From NCBI GenBank assembly GCA_951406725.2, contig OX597825.1, positions 45,012,001 to 45,076,000 on the forward strand: DNA of 64,000 nt, in the 5' to 3' direction. Positions 46,501 through 59,500 of the stretch are shown here, in pieces. The notes beneath the pieces are model-generated. The model did not search any database and was not told the origin of the DNA. It worked only from the letters and a program-made list of their open reading frames with translations. The position numbers were made by a program, and so were the translations under genes. Within the stretch, counting starts at the first letter, position 1, and each line of letters begins with the position of its first letter. Source of the DNA: Octopus vulgaris (Eukaryota).

Positions 46501-48050
46501 CCATGCTCTCAACCACAGATAGTTCTGCACTCTCTTGGATGATGATGAGGCAGAGTTCAGCAACCTGATCTAATTCTGCGAGGCCTGTTGGCTCAGCCAA
46601 GGAAAGATGTTGAAGAGAGTCTTCAACCTGAAGGATGAACTGGCATCTTTCCTGCGAGAGAAGGGCAATCCTATCCCTTAGTCGAGGATCCCACATGGGA
46701 GTGTGACCTCAGGCTCCTGGTGGACGTTACTGGACATCTAAATGAGCTGAACACCCAGCTGCAGAGTAAAGACATCTTGGTGCCTGGTCTCCTAGCAAAC
46801 TTTGCCTGTGGGAGCTCCAGTTCAACCAGAGGAAATTTACTCACTTCACCCACTTGGCTGAGCGGCGCCCAACCCCCGCTGCCTGCTGTCGCTATACTGC
46901 TGCCCTGTCTGAGCTGCAAGGTAAGTTCAAGAGGCACTTCAAAGATGTGTGCACCTGTGAGAAGGAGCTCAAGCTATTCTCCACTCCCTTTGATGTGGAT
47001 TCTGTGGAAGTGGCTGATGACCTTCAGCTAGAACTCATTGAACTCCAGTGCTCAGAGAACCACCATGCAAAGTTTGTGCTTGTAATGCCAAGGAGTTCTG
47101 GCATTTGCTCTTAGCCTCCGGTGTTTTCCAGGCTCTTGTTCGGAAAGCCCTGCGCCTAAGCTTCATAGTTCAGGTCCACATACTCTTGCAAGCAGCTATT
47201 CAGCCACATGAAACTGATGAAGAACAAGACAAGAGCACAGCTTACAGACACTCATCTTCAAGATGTTCTCCTCCAGGCCTCCTCGTCCATCAAGCTGGAC
47301 ATTGACTCTCTGTCTGTTTCAAAGAATCACCAGCCTTCACATTAATTGTTTCACATTGTGATTACTGCAAGTCTTAATAAAGGTTCAATTTATATTTATT
47401 ATCATTGATTTTGTGTGTCTGTAAATTTTTTCAGGTTGGGAGGGGGGTGCAGCCTGCGAGGTGGCCTTGACGTATCCCAGTGGCCCATGGCCTGGTTTAG
47501 GTTACTGATGCCTATTCTAAAGTAAGCTGCAAACATTATATCCTCCTCTGGGTCATAACTGAATTCTGTTATAGAATTTGATACACCATCTGGCAAAAAT
47601 GAACTCATAGTGTTTCTAGACTTCTTAAGACATAGCTCCATTAACTGTTGTTGTTTTTCTTGTTGCTGAAGTAGTTGTTTCTGCAACTCCTGTTGCTATT
47701 CTTGCTGCTGTTTTTGCAACTGTATTACAGAAGCTAATAGATCTTCCGTCATTAACAACTTTGTATCACAAAAATTTGTTAACTGACCTGTGTGAGCTTT
47801 GAATCCTCATCACCAATTATAGTAGTATTGCCAATTGTTATGACAATACCTTTTTACACTATAATCATGTAGTAGCAATAAACATATATAACAAAGCAGG
47901 CTAACAACAACGTAACAATCCAACAAGCTCTCCACAAACTATACACAAACCAACAAATGATATTCTAACAAACTACCAAAATGAAGCCTTACAACTTTCT
48001 GCGATTAATACCTACTCTCTCACTCTGACTCAGACTGTTACTATTTACAG
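43600..48050 (-). mobile_element. Internally deleted, decayed Gypsy LTR retrotransposon (Mag-like), interrupted by a hAT
   Basis: PBS-like TGGTGATGAGGATT (47815-47802); gag FSYDPEEDIMFAAYF|RRYEEIF; RNase H HASHAL..EKNY.QIEKE..ANRLQ.W; integrase HSGHQGMSRMKALMRSYVYW and YLIIVDSFTKW; RT core missing; boundaries approximate. Confidence 0.85.
45188..47514 (+). mobile_element. Decayed full-length hAT transposon (Charlie/Buster group)
   Basis: TIRs CAGGCATCAGCAACCT / AGGTTACTGATGCCTA; 8-bp TSD TTCTAAAG (45180-45187, 47515-47522); broken transposase KALCVIC, MDESTDIKD, MTTDGA, HCLVHQ, LQLELIELQ. Confidence 0.92.
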
Positions 48051-48069
48051 TTGTTCAGTCAAGTTTATT

Positions 48070-51000
48070 CTCACAGTGGGTGTCATGACTCTTGCCACAA
48101 TATTTGTACTCTCTTATATATACACACTGAAATTGCACATCCAGCAGAGTATGGTAGTTTCATCTCTTTCTTGTCTTCACATGTCCTCTACATTTACAGC
48201 CCAAGTTTCACAACCATGTAACATTTTTGTTCATACACAAAAATTATACAATCTTCCTTTCACTCTGAGAGATAAGACTTTTGTTACCAACACATGTAAT
48301 AGCTCTCTGAACTTCCTCTAGTTAGTTCTTGTTCTAGCAACTATACATTCAGAGTAACCCCATCAACTGCTAATTAGGTCTCTTAATTAAGTAACAGAAA
48401 ATATCTATTACAAAGTAGATAAGTAGATACTTTGCACCTGGTCATTCACAAAAATCTATTTTCCATTTGTTCTTAGTGTTAGTACTCCTACATATCTGCC
48501 ACAAACTAAATTTTAATTACGGTTAACCTGCCTATGATTCCACTGCACCCCTTATGTACTCTTAGTCTGCACTGAATACACTCTATGAAAGTTTAACCAA
48601 TACTTTTGTGAACAGAACCATTTACCTGAAGGGATTAGGCTCTGCCACACCTAGAATATTTCTGTTCTAATTCTACTGCAGTTCAAGCTACAAGAACAAA
48701 ATCGTCAGCATGGAAGAATTTCCAAGGGCAAACAATCTTAAATTGCTCTGTTATGGGCCAGAGGACGATGAAAAATAGAAGAGAACTGGTAACAAGCCCT
48801 GCACATGAAATTCATTGCTGTACTCATTGTTAATCCTCACTTTACTGACAGCATCTCTATACATAGATTGAACAGTTCTCACAAACTATTCATTTACTCC
48901 AAGCTTCTGTGAGATCAGAGAGTGGGAGAGCCTATCAAAGGCTTTCTTTAGCTCAACAAATACCAGCTACAGCAGTTCACTTTTGGCTAAATACTTCTGC
49001 ATCCTGAAGTTGCCTTTACTAGAAAAAGAGCATCAGCCATACTTCTCCCAGGTACAAAACCAAACAGCATCTTATCTAGGCTAATTCACTTCCTAATTAA
49101 TTGAGCTATAATTCTTTCTGTAACTTTTATGACCTGGTCCAGCTATTTAATACCTTTGTAATTACTTCTCTATAAGACATCTCCTTTGACCTTGTAATAG
49201 TTGATTAAATGCTTCTAGACCAATCGTTGAGTGTGATACCTTCCTGTACAACCTGATTAACTATATGGGTAACTAAATTGTATCCCATTCTGCTTAATAT
49301 TCTAACCATCTCAGCAGTAATTCCTAATATGAGGGTAGGCTGAAAAGTTCACAAGCTATGAAGGAGTGATGCTAGAGTTGTGAAATCTCGCATGCATTAA
49401 TTTCAGCTCCTCTTATTAATAACTGCATTGTTTCTTTCCAGCTAAACTAATATTTGAGTGTTCAAAGAAGATTTCATTAATGAGTAACAGCAACTTCTCT
49501 TAAGAACAGACAAAATTTGGCATCATTGTGTTGTCAAATACCTGCAGAAAAAGGGTTTTTCCCCCCGCCCAATGACATTCATGCTGACATGTTTGCTACA
49601 TTAAAAGATGACACTCCAGTTTTATCAACAGTGCAAAGGTAGGTATCTGAATTTAGGAGGGGAAGGGAGAGGGCAGAAGATGACCCAAGGTCTGGGCGTC
49701 CTGCAATTGCCAGCACAGAGGAAGACAGATGACAGGCAACTGGCTACAAATCAAATAGCTAATGCCATAAGCACATCCTGTGATACAGTTGAGAATATTC
49801 TACCCAACGAACTTGGCATGATGAAGGTTTTTGCTCAGTAGGGGTCACATTTGATAACTGATCAAAAGCACATCAGAATGATAACATCAAGGGAAAATCT
49901 GACATTGTTTCAGAACACTCGTAACACAGTATGATTGTCAAATTCACCACTTTAAACCAGAGACAAAGAGACAATCCATGCAGTGGAAGCACCCCTCCTC
50001 ACCAACTCCAAAGACCACAGTCATTTATCTACAGAGGTGATGACCTCAGATTTTTGGGGTGGAAAAGGCAGTGTGTTTATTGACTATCTTCAAATGAGTC
50101 ACACCATCAATGGAGAGTACTATGCCAACTTGCTGAGGCAGTTATGAAAGGCTATCAAGACCAACTACCCAGGAAAACTGATGAAAGGAGTCTTGTTTCA
50201 TCAGGACAATGTGCCAGCATTGCTTTCGATGGCTGCTGTGTATGATTGTGGCTTTGAACTGATTGACCAGCTTCCCTATTCTCCTGATTTAGCCCCATCT
50301 GACTATCATGTCTTCTCCAACATGAAAAAGCACTTGGCTGGGATCAAGTATCACAGTAATGATGACATCATATTTGCTGTTGATGACTTTTTTAATGAAC
50401 AGGATAAAAGGTTCCTCACCCATGGGATCCAACCACTGCAACACTGATGGAAGAAGTGTGTGGACAGCAAGGGGGACTATGTTGAAACATAATCTTCATT
50501 TGGTCATATTCCATGACAGTATCTTGGTCAGCATATAAACTTTTCAGCTGACCCTCATAGAACAAAGATTTTCCCTGTCCTCATATGCTTAATTGCATTG
50601 TCTAACATACCACAATGGCTGTTTCCTCCACTGGGTTCACATTTGGAAGACTCTCTTTCTTCCATTCTTCCTCCACCTTTCATAGCTTTCCGTAATAGCA
50701 ATTCCATACCTCTTACTTTTCAGAATCACAAAGTGCATGTGTACCACTGTCTCTCTATACATGCTTTACTTCCACAACATTTTGATTTTCTTATACTTTG
50801 CTTTGCTATCTGGAACACCTCATGCCAATAATCCTAATGCTGTAGAAAATTGGGAAACCTCTTCCTTTCCTCTTCTGTTTTCATTAAATAGATCTGTCTC
50901 TTAACTTCTCTTCTAGTGATCTGGTATAGTTCTCTGCTGCTGTAATTCTTCCAAAACTATCAAACCTACCTCTTCACTTTCATGGCTCTGTCTATTTCAT

Positions 51001-51900
51001 TGTTCCACCACCATGTCACCTTTGATCTCGATAGAACTTTGCAACAACCACAGATCTGGTCTGTAGTCCTCAGTTGTCCCATAAGAACTTCTAGTTATCC
51101 TCTATGTTATATTTCTATCACCTCCTTGTCAGATGCTTCAGTTAGAACATCTCTGAATTTCTGACACAGCAACAGATCTTTAAGCTTCTGTGCCTTCCTT
51201 TTCCAAATTGATTTGTATCTCTGAGTCCTTCTCGCTCTAAGTCTGAAATCACTAACAACTAACCAATGGCAGGCTATATGTTCTTCACCAGGTAAGGACT
51301 TTACATTCACATGTATCTGCCTATCCCATTTTGGGGTCAGAATGTAGTTAATCTGGATCATGTGCCCACTAGGTTGATAGGGGATCATGTGGTTGGCTGG
51401 CTGGCTGGTTTTCTGAAGTTAGTGCTGCAGCAGCCCTGTTACCAAATCTGTAACCTCCACATACACCATGAAAACCAATATTGGAGTACTGCCTACCATA
51501 TCCATCAAAGTCACCAGCCACATGATTAAGGTCATTGTCAGTTGTCAAAGAGGTAATCTGTAATCTGTAAAAGGTCCTCATAGAAATGTTCCTTCAGTTC
51601 ATCTGCTAGTCCAGCTTATGAAGTATACGCAGAGATTAATGTTACTGTATAATCTAATACTTGTCTTAGCTTAACAATCCTATCATACACTCTGACTACC
51701 TCAATCACTTAATATGTTCATTTCTCTGTCAAGAGTATGCGTATACCAATACTGCCATTATTGCTACCTATCCAGAAAAGTTTGTACCTTTGTTCCTTGG
51801 CTATGAGAGCCTTGTAGAGGCTTATCTCCATCTTACTTCTTATACACAGCACACATCTACATAATTCCACTCAAGCATTTCAATAATCTTACTGGATATA
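48070..51900 (-). mobile_element. Old decayed RTE LINE (endonuclease to RT), split by a mariner
   Basis: Minus-strand traces VAGDF, QINYIL, HWLVVSDF, VTWWN, GITAEMV, FGFVPG, colinear with the younger copies. Confidence 0.78.
49330..50557 (+). mobile_element. Decayed mariner transposon, same family as 12491-13707
   Basis: TA flanks; TIRs TGAGGGTAGGCTGAAAAGTT / AACTTTTCAGCTGACCCTCA; LFHQDNVPA and PYSPDLAPSDYHVF. Confidence 0.92.
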
Positions 51901-52971
51901 CTTTTTATGGTGCCAAGACTGATCATAGCAGCACTCAGAAGAGTGGTGGGTGTAACTAAGGTATTGCTTTCAATTTCTGAAAAGATGAGTGGGAAGATGC
52001 TAGTTGGGGTTATGTTTTCAGCTTCCAAAAAGGAGAATTTTGTGAATGCCTGCCTGCAAGCAGTTAGTCTTTGTACTTATCTAGTGAAATAAGTATATTT
52101 TTTTTAATTAATGAAATACAATAGTAATATTGACAGCAAAACAAATACCTAATAATGGCAAAAAAATCTAGCAACTAAAGTAAATTTAATGTAATGCTAT
52201 TACCAGTTCAAGTGTTTGCCATTCACTATTTTGTCATGGAGAAAATTTCTTGCTGTAGACAAATTGTGTGAATAAAACCTAAATCAGTTTGCAGCGCTAC
52301 TTATCCAACATTTCAAAGTGGTTATCTCCTCTTCAGTCACAGAAATCAGATGGTGGTGCTGTGAGCTGATAAGAGAGACAATCTCTCTTATGTTATTCCA
52401 GTCAACAAACGTTGGCTGGTCACAGTGAATGGTTTCTTGACAAGTTTGAACATGCCACTGGTATGAACTGGTAATAACATTGCATTTATACACATCACTG
52501 CTTAGTGCTCCCATCTTGTAATTCAATTACGATGAGCTGCCAATTAGCACTACCAGAGAGAGAGAGCAAGTGAAAGAGGATGAGTGTAAGAGAGCAAGAG
52601 TGCAAGAGAGCAGGAGAGAGATGGTAATGAAGAGCCAAGGCATGCTCACAAGGAACAAGGATCAGAATATAAATGGATGGTAGAGAAGAGAAAAGGAAAG
52701 ATAAGTGGTGGCAAAGAGGAAGGGTATTGCCAAGGTGCATGAGTAGGGAGTAGAGACTTCCCATGAATGCAAAGAGTGTGGGGTTGGGTATGCAGTGACT
52801 GGTAAAACCTAGGTAAATAGAGTGGGTGGAGAACAACAGGATAGCAATGATACAGTGAGCAGGGCAGTGAGGAAAGGATTGGAGAGCAAGAGGTAAGCAT
52901 ATAAATGGGAAGGTAGAGAAAAGCAAGGGAGAGATAAGTGGTAGCAAAGTGAAGGGCATACCTTCAAGATA

Positions 52972-55680
52972 CATCATCATCATCATCATCATCGTTTAAC
53001 GTCCGTTCTCCATGCTAGCATGGGTTGGACAGTTCGACCGGGAATCTGGGAAGCCAGAAGGCTGCACCAGGCTCCAGTCTTATCTGGCAATGTTTCTACA
53101 GCTGGATGCCTTTCCCAATGCCAACCACTCCGTGAGTGTAGTGGGTGCTTTTTACGTGCCACCTGCACAGGTGCCAGACGAGGCTGGCAAAGGCCACAGT
53201 CAGATTGGTGCATTTTACGTGCCACCGGCACGGAAGCCAGTCGAGGTGGCACTGGCTTCGGCCACGATTCGGATGGTGCTTTTTATGTGCCACCGGCACA
53301 GAAGCCAGTCGAGGCAGCGCTGGCATTGGCCACGATTCGGATAGTGCTTTTTACGTACCACCAGTCCAGAGGTCCTGGCATTTGCCGGGTGCTAGTCATA
53401 GGATTGGTTCAATTTAGATTCCGATTTCGATTTCGATTTCACTTGCCCCAACAGGTCTTCGCAAGGGAGGAAAGGCATGCATAAGTGGGCTGGACTCACT
53501 TGTCCTGCCGGGTCTTCTCACGTACAGCATATTTCCAAAGGTCTACGTCGCTGGTCATTTCCTCAGTGAGGCCTAAAGTTCGAAGGTCGTGCTTCACCAC
53601 CTCGTCCCATGTTTTCCTGGGTCTACCTCTTCCACGGGTTCCCTCAACTGCTAGGGATTGGCACTTTTTCACACACCTATCTTCATCCATTCTCGCCACA
53701 TGACCATACCAGCGCAATCGTCTCTCTTGCACACCACAACTGATGCTTCTTAGGTCCAACTTTTCTCTCAAGGTACTAACGCTCTGTCGAGTATGCACAC
53801 TGACATTACACATCCATCGGAGCATACTGGCTTCATTTCTTGCGAGCTTACGCATGTCCTCAGCATTCACGGCCCATGTTTCACTGCCATGTAGCATGGC
53901 TGTTTGTACACATGCATCATACAGTCTGCCTTTTACTCTGAGCGAAAGGCCTTTAGTCACCAGCAGAGGGAAGAGCTCCCTAAACTTTGCCCAGGCTATT
54001 CTTACTCTAGCAGTTACACTTTCAACGCACCCACCCCCACTACTGACTTGGTCACCTAGATAACGGAAGCTATCAACTACTTCTAGTTTTTTCCTCCTGG
54101 AAAGTGACGGAAGTTGTTTTCTGCAGATTTTCAGAGTTTAATGCTCCCGAGCATCTGCCACATACAAAAACTATCTTCCCAGTTTGCCTTCCTTTGACAT
54201 TGCTGCACCTCTTATGTGTCCATAGCTTACACTGGGTACATCTTATAGAGTTTCTACCTACACCTTTTCTACAGATCGAGCAGGGCCATCTTCCTGAAGA
54301 CATTTGTGGATTGTCTACCTTCCTACTTATTAGTACTTTGGTTTTAGCTAGGTTGACTCTAAGGCCCCTTGATTCTAAACCCTCCTTCCACACCTGGAAC
54401 TTCTCCTCCAGTTCTGATAGTGACTCAGCAATTAGAGCAAGGTCGTCAGCATAGAGGAGCTCCCAGGGGCAACCTGTCTTGAATTCCTCCGTAATTGCCT
54501 GGAGGACTATGATAAATAGGAGGGGGCTGAGTACTGAACCCTGGTGGACCCCAACCTCTACTTTGAATTCTTCTGTGTACATGTTGCCAACCCTAACCTT
54601 ACTTACGGTATCCCTGTACATGGCTTGCACAGCCCTCACCAGCCATTCATCTATCCCTAGTTTCCTCATTGACCACCAGATAAGGGATCGGGGGACCCTG
54701 TCAAAGGCTTTCTCCATGACAACGAAAGCCAGGTACAGGGGCTTATCTTTGGCTAGGTATTTCTCCTGCAGCTGTCGCACCAGAAATATGGCATCAGTGG
54801 TGCTTTTCCCTGGCATGAAACCAAACTACATCTCGTCCAAGTTGACTCTCTCCCTAATCAGTTGGGCTATGACCCTCTCCATGATCTTCATTACCTGATC
54901 CAACAGCTTGATAACTCTGTAATTATTTGTATCTAAAGTGTCACCTTTTCCTTTGTAGCAGTTGACTAGTATGCTGCTACACCAGTCATTGGGTATGACT
55001 CCTTCGTGTATCACCTGGTTAACTATACGGGTGACTAGGTTATAGCCAACACTGCCAGATATTTTGAGCATCTCTGCAGTAATTCCTGATGGGCCTGGGG
55101 TTTTCCCTGTCTTCATGCTTCTAATTGCCTTAACTACCAGAGAATTGTCAACTCGGATGGCTGGTCCCTCTGTTGGGTTGACATTCGGCAGACTCTCTTT
55201 ATCCCATTCATTTTCTTTATTCAGCAACCTTTCATAGTGGCATCTCCAAATCTCTCTCTTTGCATTCTCATTTAGCGCAAGTGAACCATCATCCATGCGG
55301 ACACATTTCTCTCCTACCACATCACGATTCTCTCTCACACACTGTCTTGCAACACGAAATACCTCAAGTCTTTCATTCTCACAGCGCAGAACATTGGCAA
55401 ATTTTTTCTTATCCACTTCCCCTCTGGCTAAATAAACCTGTCTCCTAGCTTCCGTTCTGGCTGTCTGATACAATTCCCTGCTACCACCGTTCTTCCAGTC
55501 CCTCCAAGCCTGTTTCTTTTGTCTAATAGCCCTGTCAACCACATTGTTCCACCACCACGTTACTCTGGGTCGAGATGGGACTTTGCTCCATCCACAGATC
55601 TGGTCAGTGGCTGTCAGCAGATTGTCCCGTAGAAATCTCCAGTTGTCTTCCACATTAAGTGAAGCTATATCCCCTTCTAT
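52972..55680 (-). mobile_element. Young 5'-truncated RTE LINE with few lesions, 3'UTR repeats and (GAT)n tail
   Basis: ORFs 54826-55680, 54073-54816 and 53496-53960 form one RT broken by a stop (~54826) and a frameshift (~54090). Confidence 0.94.
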
Positions 55681-55859
55681 AAATGGTAGGGTATTGCCAA
55701 GGTGCATGAGTAGAGACTTCAGGTAAGCATAAGCATAGTGCATGACAAGAGGAAATATGAGGAAGAGGAGGGATGTAGTTTGGTTTGTTGGGGTACAGTG
55801 TGGAAAAAGGCTTATTGTTATATGTGGGTGGAACCCACAGTGCTTCTAGAACTCAGTTT

Positions 55860-56510
55860 TGCTGAAGTGGGCAGATCTTCTCAAGAACCTCATATTGCCA
55901 GACCTTGATCCATTGACATCTCCGTGAGACCCAACAACCAGAGATTGGTCCTCCCACATCATCCCATGTCTTCCTTGGTCTCCCTCTCCTACAAGTGCTA
56001 TCCACTCTCAATGATCAACACTTCTTTACACAGTTGTCTTCATTCATATGCATTGCATGTAGTCTTCTTTCTTGCATGTTGCATCTGATTCTTCTTATAC
56101 CCAACTTTTCTCTTAACACACCTGTGCTTTGTTGTACATGCACACTGATGTTGCACATTCTACAGAGCATACTACTTTAATTCCTCTCTACTCTATTCAT
56201 ATCTTCTGCATTCAAGTCTCACTACTATGGAGTATAGCCGTTTGTACATAAGCATCATACAATCTACCTTTCACTCTGAGAGAGAGACCTTTTGTTGCCA
56301 ATAGGGTTAAAAGCGCTCTGAACTTCCTACATCCTATTCTTATTCTAGAAACAATAATTTCAGAACATCTTCCACCATTATTAATTTGGTCACCTAGGTA
56401 ACAGAAATTATCCACAACCTCAAGAGAGCCTTCTGGGTAGTTGAGATAGTCTAATTCCCATGTGTTCTTAGTACTTATTGTTCCTGCACAAATGTCACAT
56501 ACAAAGACAA
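55860..56510 (-). mobile_element. Decayed RTE 3' fragment
   Basis: VFVCDIC..LEVVDNFCYLGD..KGLSLRVKGRLYDAYV. Confidence 0.8.
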
Positions 56511-56519
56511 CTTTATCAG

Positions 56520-59500
56520 CTACAACTCCAGCCATCCATCAACTTCCAGCAAGCCGACCATCAACTTCCAGCCATTATTCCTGTCTACCACAATATTCAG
56601 ATTGCCTCATGTGGTGAAACACAACATTACCAGTTCACCTGCCATTTGCTGACGGCTTCTTAAACAACAACAAAAAAAAAGGAAAAATACAAACAAATAA
56701 ACAAAAAACGAAGCACACAAACATTTTTTTCAGCACTGCAACAGGTTTGGTGACCAAAAACAGAATTTTTTCTTCCCTTTCATTGTGCACACAGTACCCA
56801 AACACTTCAGAAATTTTGCTAAGAAAAAGTGTTTTTCTCACACACGTTACTGTTCCAGCAACACTTTGTTGGTTCTTTGGTCCTTTTCTTTTCCCTCCTC
56901 TGTAAAGAAAAAAAAAACCAGTCTTCCTCACTTACCAGCATACACTGGTGACATCACACTTTGGTTCGCCCAGTTGGACGCGTATTTTTCGGCCCATGCA
57001 GTGCCTCACCAACGGAAGCTAAGTCTCTTGTACTGTGGGATGCCTGCCCCCCCTTGCATGCTCAGTGAAAGATCTTATCACTGACCCACATCCAGATGTG
57101 ACTTACGCGTCCGTCAAATCTGAGGTTCTCCGTTAGAACACCCAATCTACCAACAGTAAATTCCAGACGCTGATGCAGGATGAGCATCTGGGAGATAGGA
57201 TGCCATCTGAGTTTCTTTATCATTTGCATGAACTCAGTGACACACCGCTTGAGGACAATCCTCTGCTCAGAAAATTATTTTTCTCTCAGCTGCCGCCAAA
57301 TGTTCAATCTATACTGGCCACAGCAGTCGACTCAAATTCACTTGACTAGATAGCCACCATGGCAGACAAGATCATAGAGTTCACTGTACAGCCCGCACTT
57401 CATCATACCTGTTCGGACACTGTAGTAGCTTCTACTATCACTAGGTTTTCTCCCTCATCACAAGATGGCATTTTGGAGAGAGCTAATGCATTAGCACATC
57501 GCATGGACACATTGTGGCGAGAACATGCCAGCTCTCATCATCTTTGCAGCAGAAGCAGTTCTAAGTCATGGTTGTCTAGATCTACTCCAATGGTTTCCAA
57601 CCTCTGCTGGTACCATGCCACATTCAAAGAAAAAGCCCATCATTGCATCCAGCCCTGTTCATTCAAGTTGTCGGGAAACTAGTTACAGAAGATTTGAGCA
57701 CATCAGATACTTCCCTCAAATTTTCATCTCATCATGCATTCTTTGTTAAGGATCGTGTGTCTAACAAATCGTTCATGGTTGACACCAGATCCAGCTGATC
57801 TATTTGACCTTTGCATTTTACTTCAGACAAGCCGAAGCAATCTATCCCTGAATCTATCCCTGATAAAAACTTACAGTCAGGTGTCATTACACCTAGATCT
57901 CAATCTTCGAAGGGATTTTAGGTGGGTTTTTGTTATAGCAGATCTACCATATCCCATTCTGGGCACGGACTGCTTAAAATACTTTCACTTAGTAGATGTC
58001 AGGCAACAGAGACTTGTGGACGATTCTACATCTTTGTTTACGCCTACTTGGGTTACTACTAATGCTGTTTTCAGCCCATCATTTTTTGTCACCACTGCTG
58101 GTGACCAGTTCCACTCCCTTTTAGCTTCTTTCCCAGAGCTGGTGAATCCGACTTTCAAATCAAAGTCACACACGCGACTCGTCATTATATCACTACTTCT
58201 GGACCACCCATCTTTTCACGTCCACGGCAACTCACTCCTGATCAGCTCAAAAAGGCTCAATCTGAGTTTGAGCAAATGCTTAAACTCGGCCTAATTCACC
58301 CCTTCACCAGCTCTTGGGCATCTCCTCTACATTTGGCATGGAAAGGGGATTCAAACTTTCGCCTGGTGGGGGATTACAGATGTTTAAATGCAGTCACTGT
58401 TTCTGATCACTATCCTATAAAGAAACTCCAAGATTTTTCTTCAAACTTGCATGATTGTACCATTTTTTTCCAAGGTTGACCTCATCTGAGCTTGTCATCA
58501 AATTCCAATGAACCTGATGACATTCCCAAAACTGTCGTTACCACCCCCTTTGGAAGTTTCAAGTTCCTGTTTATGAGCTTCAGCTTGTGGAACAAGCACA
58601 TTCCAGAGATTTATTAATGAAGTTGTCCATGGACTTGACTTTGTGTTTGCTTACGTCAATGATTTGCGCATAAAAATCATCTCTAACACTTATCTCAACT
58701 TTTTCAGTATCTTCGCACCTACAATATGTGAATCAACCCCGATAAGTGTGTTTTCGGATAGACCCCTCTGGAATTCTTAGATCGACTCTAATGGTATCCA
58801 ACCTCTCTCCTCCAAAGTTGATGCAGTTCAATGCATCTCACCTTCCACTTTTCTATGCCAATTGCGTCACTTCTTGAGAATTGTCAACTTCTACAGGAGA
58901 TTCATACGTAAATGTGCAGACAAGTTACTTCCCTTGACTCAACTACTGAAAGCAAATACAAAAAAGAATGCTCCTATCACTCTATTTGCCAAGGCATTAT
59001 CTTCTTTTGAGTCAATCAAGAAGGAACTAGCTTCTGATCCTTTGCTTGCACATCCGGTTCCTGATGCTCATCTCTCTTTAACAGTTGATGCATCAGATTC
59101 TGCAGTTGGTACTGTTTTACAACATACCATCAAAAATCAAACTCAGCCTTTGGCATTTTTTCCTCGTCAATTACAGCCAGCTGAGCATCATTACAGTACG
59201 TTTGATCATGAACTCTTAGCGATCTACCTGTTGATTTGTCACTTTCAACATCAACTCGAGGGCCAGGATTTTGTGATTTATACTGATCACAAGCCTCTTA
59301 CGTTTGCTCTGTCATCTAAATCAGACAAACACTTTTCGTCACCTGGACTACATTTCCCAGTTCACAAGTGACATTCAGCATATACCTGGAACAGAGAACG
59401 TGCCTGCTGACACACTCGCTCGTCTCCCTGTATGTTCTCTTTCATCTCCTGCTGCCATCAATTTAACTGCCATTGCGCAGGATCAGCCAACTCTGGACAC

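Noticed and set aside
52555-52970. Purine-rich tract shared with 23165-23500 and 55681-55780 as a gene or LTR
   Set aside because: Low-complexity dispersed repeat without definable termini or coding signal
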